In this document: one piece after another, positions 18,033 through 27,301 of the stretch | How positions within the stretch are numbered: the stretch's first letter is position 1 | How the letters are laid out: each line of letters opens with the position of its first letter | Assembly (NCBI GenBank): GCA_963666485.2 | Contig: CAXXUO010000002.1 | Location: forward strand, 192,001-256,000 | DNA from: Syntrophorhabdaceae bacterium | GTDB taxonomy: Bacteria > Desulfobacterota > Syntrophorhabdia > Syntrophorhabdales > Syntrophorhabdaceae | DNA: 64,000 bases | Direction of reading: 5' to 3' | Notes under the pieces: generated by a model | Seen by the model: the letters and a program-made list of their open reading frames with translations, nothing else | Databases searched by the model: none | Told to the model about the DNA's origin: nothing | Translations under genes and position numbers: made by a program

Positions 18033-20480
18033 TCAGCGGCTGCTGCAGGTCACGGTCCCCAGGTCTGTGATCACGTCATCGCTTTTGGGTATAACGAGAT
18101 CGAACGAACAGGGCTTGTCCTTATACGTGAACGAAGCCGCGTATTTGCCCGGCTTGACATTCTCGAAATAGAACTCCCCGCCCTTGCCGGTAGGAAATAC
18201 GACCTCCTTGCCGTCTACCTGCATGGTCACTTCGAAAAACTCCGCCGGCTTTGTCACCCCGCCCTCCTTCACGTGCAGCATGCCCGTGGTCGCGATGAAT
18301 TTCACGACATCGAACCGGATGTGCGAACCGCTCCGCAAGGGAGGCGAGACGTACCTCGTAAGCTCGCCGATCGTATGGTCCATGGGTATGTCTTTTTGAT
18401 TGATCGCCACCTGGTTGTCCATGTACGAATTGAGGGTCGGCACGAAGACCTTGCCCGAAGCATCCGTCTTGCCGATCTGCGCGCCGTTCACTGTCACACC
18501 GACCCCTTTCACATCCCCTGTCTGCACGACGCCGAAACTGTCGGTTATGGGCCTCGCGAGCCCGAAGGTCCCGCCGGTATAGGCAATGGCCCCTGCGGCC
18601 GTGAGGCGCAGGGCATCAGTTTTCGTCGAACCCGTATAAATCCCTTTGTATTCGCCTGTATATATGCCGTATTTGCCATTGTACTGGAAGAACGGGTTCA
18701 ACGTCTCGGACGTGGTCCCGTTTATCTCCGACCTTTCGCCGCTCACCCGGTACCCGTAGCCTTCGCCGACAGGGACGTTCTTCGTATAGTCGATCCTCTG
18801 GACATTCTGGTCTTTATCCTGCGTATAACTGGCCGACAGTGTCGAGTTGTTCGCAAAGTAGTAATTGAAACTTATGAAGAACTGATTTGACGTTGTCTCG
18901 TTCCTCACATGCTTGAACGATGCAAGGACCACCGAATTCCTCGTGATATTTCTCGAATAGGACGCCATGTATTCCCTGGCGTCCTGGTCTATGTATTTTT
19001 TGATCTCGGAATAGTTCAGCGAGAGCGACCCGAATTCCCTGGTCCCGAAACCAATACCGGCCCCGAACTCGTACTTGGTCCCCACGGTGGTGGCCGGGAG
19101 CTCCTGCGGAGCCAGTACAGTATTGATCAATCCCGCTGATGGCGTGATGATGGACGATGTAGCGGATGCCGAGCCTTCATTGCCAACCATCATATAATAC
19201 CGCGAGTAGTGTTTGTAAAGCAGCCTCCAGTTCCACACCCTGCCCTGGAAACCGTAGTTCACGAGCCCCGCGTTGCCGTCGCCCACCGTGTCGTTGTGGC
19301 TTAAGGAATAGTTGAGGACCAGCGTGCCGAAACGCCACAGGGTCAATGCGACCAGCGGGCTGAAAAGATATGTTTTTCGCGTCCCTTCCGCATTGAACCC
19401 GACATTGAACGCATCGGTCACACCGTACTTGTGGTATGCAGAAAACGCCAGGTCTCCATAGTCATTGCTCTCTACCCCGTATTGCTGCCTCAGGAAACCG
19501 ACATTATAGCTGTATTCATGGAGCCCCTTACTTAAGAGGACATCGTTGAAATAATAAGGCAGGCGGTACCGCGTCTCTCTCCCGAAGGAATCCTTCATCA
19601 CGACCTCCACGAACCGCGCACCGCCATAATAGTTGATGTCGTTGAGGGAAAATTTCCCGGGGCCGATCTTCTGGGCCGCTATCTTCGTTCCGTCGAGATA
19701 GATGTCCGCTTCGGACGGCAATGTTGCCAGCCCCGTAAAATTGAACGTGGGACGCTTCACAAAATACGGGTCCATGCTGTAGACCTTTGAAAAGCTCAAA
19801 CCCCCGAGATTGAGGGTGCTCCCCAGGTCTCCGCCGACCGCATAGAAATCGCCTGCTATGAAACGCTGAAGCGTATTCCTCCTGTCATAGGTCATGCTGC
19901 TCATAAGCCTCGTGAAGGTCTCCTGCTCCTTCGTATCCTGGTAGGAGAAATTCGACAGGAAGAGGAGGTCTTTGAGGCGAACACCTACCTCGCTCGTCGC
20001 ATTGAAGCTCTGAAACGCGAATGAGTCACCCGAATTGTGCTCGAGGCCGTAATTAAAAAAGACACTTGAATCCCGCGGGTAATACACCTTCTGCTGCCTT
20101 TTGGCCGCAAAATCGAAGGACCTGGTCGCAAGCAGGTCCGGTTTCGCCGTGATGTTAAGAGTCAGCGTCTTTTCATCGAAGACGAACGTGACCCCTTCAA
20201 TGGATTTGAGGGACAGGAACGGCTCGCCCGCGACCTGCGTGATCTTGCCCGCCGGTTCGCTGAACCCCATGGACTTGAGGTCGTCCGTTTTGATGAGAAA
20301 ATCCCCGTCCCCGGTCATTTGGACAAAAATCTCACCCTTGGCTTCCTGGTTGAGGGTAATATTCATGACCAGGGTCTCGTCAGCCTGAACGCCTACGGGG
20401 AGGGACAGGATCAGGCAGAATAGAATGAAACGCAGTATGGAGGGGATATTTCGGATGTCTTTACTTGCACATCGATGCAT
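18033..20480 (-). CDS. Fimbrial outer-membrane usher (CsuD-like)
   Basis: Beta-rich 815-aa protein with a signal peptide; LLSKGLHEYSYNVG, AYHKYGVTD and IGKTDASGKVFVP usher motifs. Start codon uncertain. Confidence 0.9.
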   Translation of the reverse strand: MHRCASKDIRNIPSILRFILFCLILSLPVGVQADETLVMNITLNQEAKGEIFVQMTGDGDFLIKTDDLKSMGFSEPAGKITQVAGEPFLSLKSIEGVTFVFDEKTLTLNITAKPDLLATRSFDFAAKRQQKVYYPRDSSVFFNYGLEHNSGDSFAFQSFNATSEVGVRLKDLLFLSNFSYQDTKEQETFTRLMSSMTYDRRNTLQRFIAGDFYAVGGDLGSTLNLGGLSFSKVYSMDPYFVKRPTFNFTGLATLPSEADIYLDGTKIAAQKIGPGKFSLNDINYYGGARFVEVVMKDSFGRETRYRLPYYFNDVLLSKGLHEYSYNVGFLRQQYGVESNDYGDLAFSAYHKYGVTDAFNVGFNAEGTRKTYLFSPLVALTLWRFGTLVLNYSLSHNDTVGDGNAGLVNYGFQGRVWNWRLLYKHYSRYYMMVGNEGSASATSSIITPSAGLINTVLAPQELPATTVGTKYEFGAGIGFGTREFGSLSLNYSEIKKYIDQDAREYMASYSRNITRNSVVLASFKHVRNETTSNQFFISFNYYFANNSTLSASYTQDKDQNVQRIDYTKNVPVGEGYGYRVSGERSEINGTTSETLNPFFQYNGKYGIYTGEYKGIYTGSTKTDALRLTAAGAIAYTGGTFGLARPITDSFGVVQTGDVKGVGVTVNGAQIGKTDASGKVFVPTLNSYMDNQVAINQKDIPMDHTIGELTRYVSPPLRSGSHIRFDVVKFIATTGMLHVKEGGVTKPAEFFEVTMQVDGKEVVFPTGKGGEFYFENVKPGKYAASFTYKDKPCSFDLVIPKSDDVITDLGTVTCSSR

Positions 20481-21216
20481 CGGTATTCAATTTGTGCTTC
20501 AAATTGACTTTGTCCGTAACAACCTCGACATCAAGGGTCGCGGTCTTTATGCACGCATCGCGCGCAAGGGGGGCCGAGTACGTTCTCGATACACCGCTCA
20601 GGAGATACCAGCCGCTCAGGTCTTTTGCAAAGGTCTGCCCGCCCTTTGAGTCCCGGCCAACCAGCTTCACTGTATTGATCACCAGGTGCACATTCCCCGT
20701 ATTGCTGACCGAAAGGGTGACGGTGCCCTTCGACAGGTCGCATCTCTCGACGGCCCCCCGCACCTCTTCCTTGACAGGCTGGGAAAAGATCGGGACGCCG
20801 AACCGGATGGCGACCGCTATGGCGGTCCCCTGTGCCTTCTTCGGTTCGGGAATCTCCTCGATGAATAAACGGTACGTTTTTTCTTTCGCCACGGCGGGTA
20901 TTTTTATGCCTGCCCGTATGACGCGTTCGCCCTTTGGGTCGACGGTCATGATCTTGGGAAAGAATATGAGGTCCTGCGTCTCCTCGTAGACATCCTTGCC
21001 CGCTGCGTCCTGGGTCCATTCAAACGCCTTCATCTGGCACTGCAGCTTCTCTTCCGCTTCATTGGTCACCGTAATGACCCCGGTCTTTGCCCGTGCATCG
21101 AGGACAAGGCGTATGGGCGTGACCCTGAACTCCCCACCCTGCGCACTGCCGGACAGGAGGACAAAAATGCAGATCAGGGACGCAAAAACAACGTAAAACA
21201 TAGTACGGATGGACAT
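20461..21216 (-). CDS. Fimbrial periplasmic chaperone (CsuC/PapD-like)
   Basis: VTPIRL, IFFPKI, EKTYRLFIEEIP and NTGNVH motifs; signal peptide. Confidence 0.9.
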   Translation of the reverse strand: MSIRTMFYVVFASLICIFVLLSGSAQGGEFRVTPIRLVLDARAKTGVITVTNEAEEKLQCQMKAFEWTQDAAGKDVYEETQDLIFFPKIMTVDPKGERVIRAGIKIPAVAKEKTYRLFIEEIPEPKKAQGTAIAVAIRFGVPIFSQPVKEEVRGAVERCDLSKGTVTLSVSNTGNVHLVINTVKLVGRDSKGGQTFAKDLSGWYLLSGVSRTYSAPLARDACIKTATLDVEVVTDKVNLKHKLNTDASMCK

Positions 21217-21321
21217 TTGACACTATATATCACAGAAGCCGAGAATATTACAAGGATGATAAGGTTGTTACGACTGATTTCTTCAGACGGGTACTTTTGA
21301 GCGCCTGATACCCCCTGTCGC

Positions 21322-21454
21322 CGTCATTCCGGCTTGCCGGAATCCAGTGTCTTTCGTTTTTCTTGGGAAAAGGCTTCTTTCCGACACTCTGAAACTTCCA
21401 AATGTTCTTCTTTTAAAGACACTGGATTCCGCCGCAAAAGCCGGCGGAATGACG
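21322..21454. repeat. CGTC-type REP doublet inside the pilus cluster
   Basis: CGTCATTCCGGCTTGCCGGAATCCAGTGTCTTT ... AAAGACACTGGATTCCG..CGGAATGACG, an inverted pair. Confidence 0.8.
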
Positions 21455-21491
21455 AAGAGGCAGAGCCGCGATGCGGAGATAAACCGTTAGC

Positions 21492-22610
21492 CTATACGGG
21501 CCGTGCCGAGATGTTCAGAGGCCATGCGTACGTGCCGGGCTGTGCGTCCTTGGCGAGGACGAAGCGGTAGCTCAAGTCGATCGCGACGGGTACCCGTGCA
21601 AAGGGCTGCGTCACCCAGCCGGCTGACTCTATATAGACATCCCGTCCGCCTCCCTTGACGTGCACGCCCTTGATAAAGTTCATCGGACCGCCGAACCCTT
21701 CGAACACGATAAGGCACCCGGCGGGGTTGTTGTTGTTCACCTCGATGCGCGAGGCTGTGGGAACATCCACGTAACCGCGGGCGATATCGGCATTCGTTAT
21801 GACAAGCTCGGCCGACTGCTTTAAGACCTTCAGCTTGACGTAGGGAAGGACGTGGGCAGTGACCATGACCTTCGCCGATGAACCTTTTGTTTGAGGCTGG
21901 CCCGTGGAGTGCGCCTTTGTGGGGACAACGGCACCCGCAAGGGCAAGTGATGCCACAAGGGCAGCGGTGACCAGTTTCCGCTGAAGCGTGAGGACCCGGT
22001 CGATTTGCTGAGGTATTACGTAGCCGGCCTCTACCAGGATCTCGCCGATCTTCTTCTGCGACTGCCTCTGTTTTTGGAGGGCATCGTCAAGCTGGGCGCG
22101 GGTGACCTGGCCTGTGGCAACAAGGAGCTCACCGAGCCTGAGTTTTCCTTCTTCCGGCTTCTTTGAACCCTGCCGTCTCTGGAAATCCAGGATCGTCTTT
22201 AATTCCTTGCTGGTGAGAAGTCCATGCCGCAGCAATAACTCACCGATCTTCTCACCGGTCTCTTTCTGTTCGTTCAACAGGCTCTCGAGGTCGCGCCGCG
22301 AGATATATTTCGCCTCGAGGAGGAGTTCGCCGAGCATCCGCCTCGTGCCCGCGGCAAGTTTCAACGCATCCCGGGGGTTGGCGAGGTCCTTCTGGACCGC
22401 AAGGACCGCTTCAAGGTCCCGCGTATCGAGGAGGCCCATACCGATAAGGATCTCGCCCAGCTGCCTGTTTGTCTCCTTCTGCAGCTTGATCGAACGGTCG
22501 AGGTCCTTTTTCGTCACAAACCTCCCGTCTACCAGTATCCTTCCCAGGAGCCGTTTGACAAGCAGAGAACCCAGCCTGCCTTTCGCCTTCTTCACCTGAG
22601 CCGTTGCCAC
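21492..22610 (-). CDS. Triple-MshEN (c-di-GMP-binding) protein with internal signal-like segment and C-terminal pilin-like domain
   Basis: Six 24-aa xLGxxLxxxGxxxxxxLxxxLxxQ-type motifs paired by 5-aa spacers; then RKLVTAALVASLALAGAVVPTKAHS; then a beta-rich domain ending PGTYAWPLNIS. GTG start with AAGGAG RBS. Confidence 0.8.
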   Translation of the reverse strand: MATAQVKKAKGRLGSLLVKRLLGRILVDGRFVTKKDLDRSIKLQKETNRQLGEILIGMGLLDTRDLEAVLAVQKDLANPRDALKLAAGTRRMLGELLLEAKYISRRDLESLLNEQKETGEKIGELLLRHGLLTSKELKTILDFQRRQGSKKPEEGKLRLGELLVATGQVTRAQLDDALQKQRQSQKKIGEILVEAGYVIPQQIDRVLTLQRKLVTAALVASLALAGAVVPTKAHSTGQPQTKGSSAKVMVTAHVLPYVKLKVLKQSAELVITNADIARGYVDVPTASRIEVNNNNPAGCLIVFEGFGGPMNFIKGVHVKGGGRDVYIESAGWVTQPFARVPVAIDLSYRFVLAKDAQPGTYAWPLNISARPV

Positions 22611-22718
22611 GCCCCTGTCTCCTTTAAGGTCTCGCCATGGAGCACCGCTGCCGTTATATTATTACGGCAGCCTTCGCGTGCTCTCAGGCATCTTCCCTGC
22701 ACCAGCCGTCACGTGCGA

Positions 22719-23186
22719 TCACGGGGTTATGCTCAGCACCACCGTGTCCGCATAGTTGGCTGCAGTCTTTCCCGTATAATCGGGGCCCAGGACCTGCCCG
22801 TCGATCGTGAGGGTCCTTGGTGTTGCCGGTCCCGCATTGGGATTCGCATCTTTCGTCAGCGTCAGGGTATACGGGATCAAGTCGCCGGAGCCCGCATCTT
22901 TCATGTTTCTCTTACCGCCCGCAAAGTTCACGCCGTTGTCGGCGGCGACCGCGTCTGTCGACGTGCCTTTTGTGCACCAGAACTGGGTCGTGGTGCTTCC
23001 GTTTACCGTCGTCCCGACTGACGGGTCAAGGGCCCCGAAATTCAACGTGCTGGTGGTCGAAACGAATTTACAGGTCCCCGTGACGCTTGCCTGCACCGTC
23101 AGCGTGTTGCTGCCCGCAGCCATGACCGTCCCGCACAACAATAGAACAAACATACCCGCGACGAACAATAAAGTGAGCGTTTTCAT
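22719..23186 (-). CDS. Csu-type (spore coat U) pilin subunit
   Basis: Signal peptide; TLTVQASVTGTC, LNFGALDP and NYADTVVLSITP; AAGGAGAGG RBS before the ATG at 23186. Confidence 0.88.
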   Translation of the reverse strand: MKTLTLLFVAGMFVLLLCGTVMAAGSNTLTVQASVTGTCKFVSTTSTLNFGALDPSVGTTVNGSTTTQFWCTKGTSTDAVAADNGVNFAGGKRNMKDAGSGDLIPYTLTLTKDANPNAGPATPRTLTIDGQVLGPDYTGKTAANYADTVVLSITP

Positions 23187-23385
23187 TTTCCTCTCCTTTG
23201 GTGCAATATCTCTATTGCACCATGTCTTAATATAGTCACACTTTGTATTACAGTCAACAGAATACTTTGAATCTCCCTCTGTTTCCTTGTATATGGTCTC
23301 GCGCACATTACCCTGTCCTGCCGATATTCTACCTAATTGCATTTCATAGTCAATATGTAGGTTTGTTTTACACATGCCATTTCCT

Positions 23386-23898
23386 TCACGGCGTGATCGT
23401 TATGACCACTGTATCTGCGAAATTCCCCGCACGTGCACCCGCGTAGTCAGTACCTTTCACCGTGCCGGTTATGGTCAGCGTCCGGTTGGTGTTCCTCGGC
23501 ACCGTACCGTTCGTGGGGCTCAGCGCGATGGTATAGGGCAAATATTCCGTCGTTACCGTCGCATGCCGCATCCTGGGGGCATTGGGGCCCGTCTCGTAAC
23601 GGCCGCTGTCATGGGTTATCGCGTACGCGGCGATGGGTGCGGTCCCTCCGCACCGGAATGTCGTCGTTGTATTGACGGTCTTGTCTGACGGGCTGCCCGG
23701 GTCAAGCGTACCGAAAGCGAGAGTGGAGGTGGCCGTATTGAATCGGCAGTTGCTGTTCGATACGACGGTGGCAGACACGGAAAGATTGATGCCGGCGGCC
23801 TGGGCCGTGCTTGCCATGACCAGGGAGCAGCATGCCGTGACCATTAGTATGATCACGGCTGCCTTTAAGTGCTCTCTTATGGCTGAGCTAGTTCTCAC
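23386..23898 (-). CDS. Csu-type (spore coat U) pilin subunit
   Basis: Signal peptide (AQA); LSVSATV..C, LAFGTLDP and GNFADTVVITITP. Confidence 0.85.
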   Translation of the reverse strand: MRTSSAIREHLKAAVIILMVTACCSLVMASTAQAAGINLSVSATVVSNSNCRFNTATSTLAFGTLDPGSPSDKTVNTTTTFRCGGTAPIAAYAITHDSGRYETGPNAPRMRHATVTTEYLPYTIALSPTNGTVPRNTNRTLTITGTVKGTDYAGARAGNFADTVVITITP

Positions 23899-23932
23899 GT
23901 GCTCTCCGGCCGGTCCTTTTTATGCCTTTCTC

Positions 23933-24394
23933 TCACGGGGTTATGGTCAACGTCACCGTGTCTGTATAGCTGCCCGCGGTCTTGCTCGTATAATCGGTAC
24001 CCAGCACCTGTCCGGCTACCGTCAACGTCCTCGGCGATCCCGGGCCGGCGTTGGCGCTTCCGTCGGGAGTCAGCGTCAGGGTGTACGGGATGAGATCGGT
24101 CGCCGTTGCATGCTTCATATTTCTCTTTGTACCGTCCCAGTTGGAGCCCTGGCCGGCGCTCAGTGTTTCGGTCGTGCCCTTCGTACACCAGAACTGGGTC
24201 GTGGTGCTCCCGTTAACGTTTGTCCCCACTGAAGGGTCGAGGGCACCGAAATTCAAGGTGCTGGTGGCCGATGAGAACTTGCAGGTCCCTGTGACGCTTG
24301 CCTGCACTGTCAGTGTGTTCGTGCCCGAGGCCAGAACGGTGCCCGCTACAAGGATAAATCCAACTGCCAGTACTGCGATCAGGTTCTTCTTCAT
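23933..24394 (-). CDS. Csu-type (spore coat U) pilin subunit, probable major pilin
   Basis: Close paralogue of 22719-23186; ends GSYTDTVTLTITP; GGAGG RBS before the ATG at 24394. Confidence 0.88.
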   Translation of the reverse strand: MKKNLIAVLAVGFILVAGTVLASGTNTLTVQASVTGTCKFSSATSTLNFGALDPSVGTNVNGSTTTQFWCTKGTTETLSAGQGSNWDGTKRNMKHATATDLIPYTLTLTPDGSANAGPGSPRTLTVAGQVLGTDYTSKTAGSYTDTVTLTITP

Positions 24395-24597
24395 TGTGTC
24401 CTCCCTTATTTCATCTGAGTATTTTTTACAATGCATTAACTTCACCTGACCTAAGCTTACGCACGAATTACCATGTAATCAAGATGTCATACCATTTTAC
24501 TATGTTAAATGATTTTACAGGGGATGGAAGGCAGCGCCGGCTCGAAAGGGGACCAATTCGGCGGCCGGCGCGTTGAAATGTATACGCTTAATGGAGG

Positions 24598-26061
24598 TTA
24601 CCCATTTGTTTTCTTTACGTTTTCTTCTTTTTCTCCCGGTGCCGGACCGGCTGTCCAGCCACCGCCCAACGCCTTGTAGAGGCGAACGAGGTCGCCGACG
24701 ACAGCCCCCCTGCTTGTCGCCAGGTTGTCCTTGACCGAGAGATATGTCCTCTGGGCATCGAGGACCGCCTGGAAATCGATGAGCCCCGATTTGTACTGTG
24801 ACAGGGCAAGGTTCGTGGAATCCGTCGCGGATGCCAGGGCGTCGTTCAGGGACTGCATCCTTTTCTGTTCGTTGACAAATGCGGTGATGGCGTTTTCCGC
24901 CTCCTCGAGGGCGAGGATGATCGTATTTTCGTACTGGAGGTACGCCTGTTCCTGGCGGGCGTTCTGGATCTCGATGTTGCTGCGGACCGCGCCGGCATTG
25001 AAGATATTCCAGGTGAAACGCGGGCCTATGTCAAAGAGCCTGTTGTTCCCGGTAAAAAGTCCGGCAAAGGTCGATGCGTCTATCCCGATGGAACCGTTGA
25101 GGGTCAGCTTCGGGTACAGGTCTGCCGTCGCGACGCCGATGCGCGCCGTCTGGGCGGCAAGCTGCCTTTCGGCGTTGCGCACGTCGGGCCTGCGGCGCAA
25201 TGTCTCGGCAGGGACGCCGAGTGCGATCTCGACAGGTACGGACGGCAGGCCGGCGGGTGCGGACACCTTCGGGTCGGCGAAGCCGGGATATTCGCCCATC
25301 AATGCCGAAAGCCTGTTCAAGGCCGCGGCAAGGCGGGTCTTGAGCGTCGGGATCGCCGCACGTGTCGCCTCCATATTGGTCTTTGCGCGATCGATGTCAA
25401 GCTGGGTGACGAGGCCGGCTTTTTGCCTGTAGACCGTCAGTTCGTATGTCTCGGTGAGGAGCTTGAGGTCGTCTTCCACGATCGCAAGCCTGTCCTGGAA
25501 CGTCCGCACATCCACGTAATTGAGGGCAACCTCTGCGGCCAGCGTCACATAGACCATGCCGTAATCTTCCTGCGAGGCCTCGTACGTTGCCCGTGCCGCT
25601 TCATTGGCCCTTCTTACGCCCCCAAACAGGTCGATCTCCCAGCCGGCATCGAGCCCCGCGGAGAAGATCTCCCGGGTCGTACCGGTCTCCCCGTTCTTCT
25701 CCGTCCGGGACAGCGAGTAGGCGCCCGAACCGTTGACCGCCGGGTAATACCGGGCCTCGGCCACGCCGCGGGCCGCACGGGCCTCACGTATACGCGCCTC
25801 GGCCTTCTTCAGGTCCTTGTTGTTCTTTATCGCTGTATCGATAAGATCGGCGAGGACGGGATCGTTGAGGGTCACCCACCATGATGCCAGGGTGTCCTGC
25901 GCTGCGCCCGGCGTCGTCGCGCCCTGCGCCGTCCGTGTATTCCATGCCCCGGGCGCCTTTATATCCGGCTTTACATAGTCGGGCCCCACCGTCGCACACC
26001 CCGCGAACATCAGCACCGCCACAAAAACCACAGCGTATTTGATCACATTTCTCAGTTCCAT
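24598..26061 (-). CDS. Outer-membrane efflux lipoprotein (NodT/TolC family)
   Basis: Lipobox FAGC-ATVGPDY; WEIDLFG, LRRRPDVR and LYKALGGGW. Confidence 0.93.
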   Translation of the reverse strand: MELRNVIKYAVVFVAVLMFAGCATVGPDYVKPDIKAPGAWNTRTAQGATTPGAAQDTLASWWVTLNDPVLADLIDTAIKNNKDLKKAEARIREARAARGVAEARYYPAVNGSGAYSLSRTEKNGETGTTREIFSAGLDAGWEIDLFGGVRRANEAARATYEASQEDYGMVYVTLAAEVALNYVDVRTFQDRLAIVEDDLKLLTETYELTVYRQKAGLVTQLDIDRAKTNMEATRAAIPTLKTRLAAALNRLSALMGEYPGFADPKVSAPAGLPSVPVEIALGVPAETLRRRPDVRNAERQLAAQTARIGVATADLYPKLTLNGSIGIDASTFAGLFTGNNRLFDIGPRFTWNIFNAGAVRSNIEIQNARQEQAYLQYENTIILALEEAENAITAFVNEQKRMQSLNDALASATDSTNLALSQYKSGLIDFQAVLDAQRTYLSVKDNLATSRGAVVGDLVRLYKALGGGWTAGPAPGEKEENVKKTNG

Positions 26062-26092
26062 TTTGGTTCTCCCCTTCATGATGACCGGATGC

Positions 26093-27301
26093 CTATTCAT
26101 GCCGTAACGCCTCGATCGGGTCTAAACTGGCGGCCTTGTGTGCGGGCACATACCCGAAGGCAAGCCCGACACCCGCGGAAAACAGAAAAGCGATGATGAT
26201 GATGCCTATGTTGAGGACCAACGGCACACCAAGGATGCGGACAAGGACCGCGGACGCGGCAAGGGCGAGTGCTATCCCGATGAGCCCCCCGAATGCCGAC
26301 AGCACCATGGCCTCGACAAGGAACTGCAGGAGCACCTCGCGCTCGAGGGCTCCTATCGCAAGCCGCGTCCCGATCTCGCGCGTCCGTTCTGTCACCGAGA
26401 CAAGCATGATGTTCATAATTCCTATCCCGCCCACGAGCAGGCTCACGGCGGCCACTGCTCCAAGCAGCGCGGTCAGGAGCTTTGTCGTGTCAAGCATCGT
26501 GCTCGCCAGCTCCTTCATGTCCCTGATCTGGAAATCGTTCGGTTTGAGGGTCGATACGCGCCGGCGCTCCCTGAGCAGCGCCTCGATATCCTGCTGTGCC
26601 TTTTCCGTGGACACGCCCTCTTCCACGGAGACCTGTATGAGGCCGATCTTGTCGTTGCCCGATATGCGCCGCTGAAAGGCGCGAAGCGGCATAACGACCG
26701 CGTCATCCTGGTCCCGGCCCATCGTCGACTGACCTTTGGACGCGAGAACACCCAGCACCTCGAACGAAATGCCCTTGACGCGAATTCTCTGGCCGATGGC
26801 CTCCTGGTCCCCGAAAAGCTCTTTTTTGACCGTCGCGCCGAGAATGCACACGGCCGTTCCCGAACGCAGCTCGCCGTCAGAAAATTCCCTGCCTTTATCT
26901 ATCGCCCAATCCTTCGCCTTGAAGAAATTGTTGTCTACGCCGTTCACCGACGTGCTCCAGTTCTTTGAACCGAAAACGACCATCGCTGTCGACGACGCCG
27001 TCGGGGCCACCGCTGCCAGCGATCCCACGTCCCGGCTGATCGCCCTCGCGTCGTCTATCTCGAACGATTTGGCGTCCGAGTGGCCGCCGCCCCCGCTGCG
27101 CATCTGGCCGGGCGTCACCATGAGCAGGTTGCTCCCGAGCTTCGCGATGTCCTCGGTCACCTTCGCCGTTGCCCCGCTGCCAACGGTGACCAATGTAATG
27201 ACCGCCGCGACGCCGATGACGATGCCGAGTATCGTGAGAAATGAACGCATCTTGTTGCGCCGTATTGCCCGTAAGGCCAGGATGAATGCATTGAGGATCA
27301 T
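26093..27301 (-). CDS. MacB-like ABC transporter permease
   Basis: RSFLTILGIVIGV, GGIGIMNIMLVSVTERTREIG and LDPIEALRHE. Confidence 0.93.
   Translation of the reverse strand: MILNAFILALRAIRRNKMRSFLTILGIVIGVAAVITLVTVGSGATAKVTEDIAKLGSNLLMVTPGQMRSGGGGHSDAKSFEIDDARAISRDVGSLAAVAPTASSTAMVVFGSKNWSTSVNGVDNNFFKAKDWAIDKGREFSDGELRSGTAVCILGATVKKELFGDQEAIGQRIRVKGISFEVLGVLASKGQSTMGRDQDDAVVMPLRAFQRRISGNDKIGLIQVSVEEGVSTEKAQQDIEALLRERRRVSTLKPNDFQIRDMKELASTMLDTTKLLTALLGAVAAVSLLVGGIGIMNIMLVSVTERTREIGTRLAIGALEREVLLQFLVEAMVLSAFGGLIGIALALAASAVLVRILGVPLVLNIGIIIIAFLFSAGVGLAFGYVPAHKAASLDPIEALRHE

Noticed and set aside
22611..22718. Hairpin (GCTGCCGT/ACGGCAGC with outer GAGCAC/GTGCTC) upstream of the MshEN gene as a c-di-GMP riboswitch
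   Set aside because: No GGCAAA...GAAA-tetraloop P2 element of c-di-GMP-I is visible, so it is only a generic stem-loop. An Infernal search would settle it.
24470..24500. Sigma54 promoter upstream of the first pilin
   Set aside because: TGG...TTGA has the wrong spacing and lacks the -12 GC.
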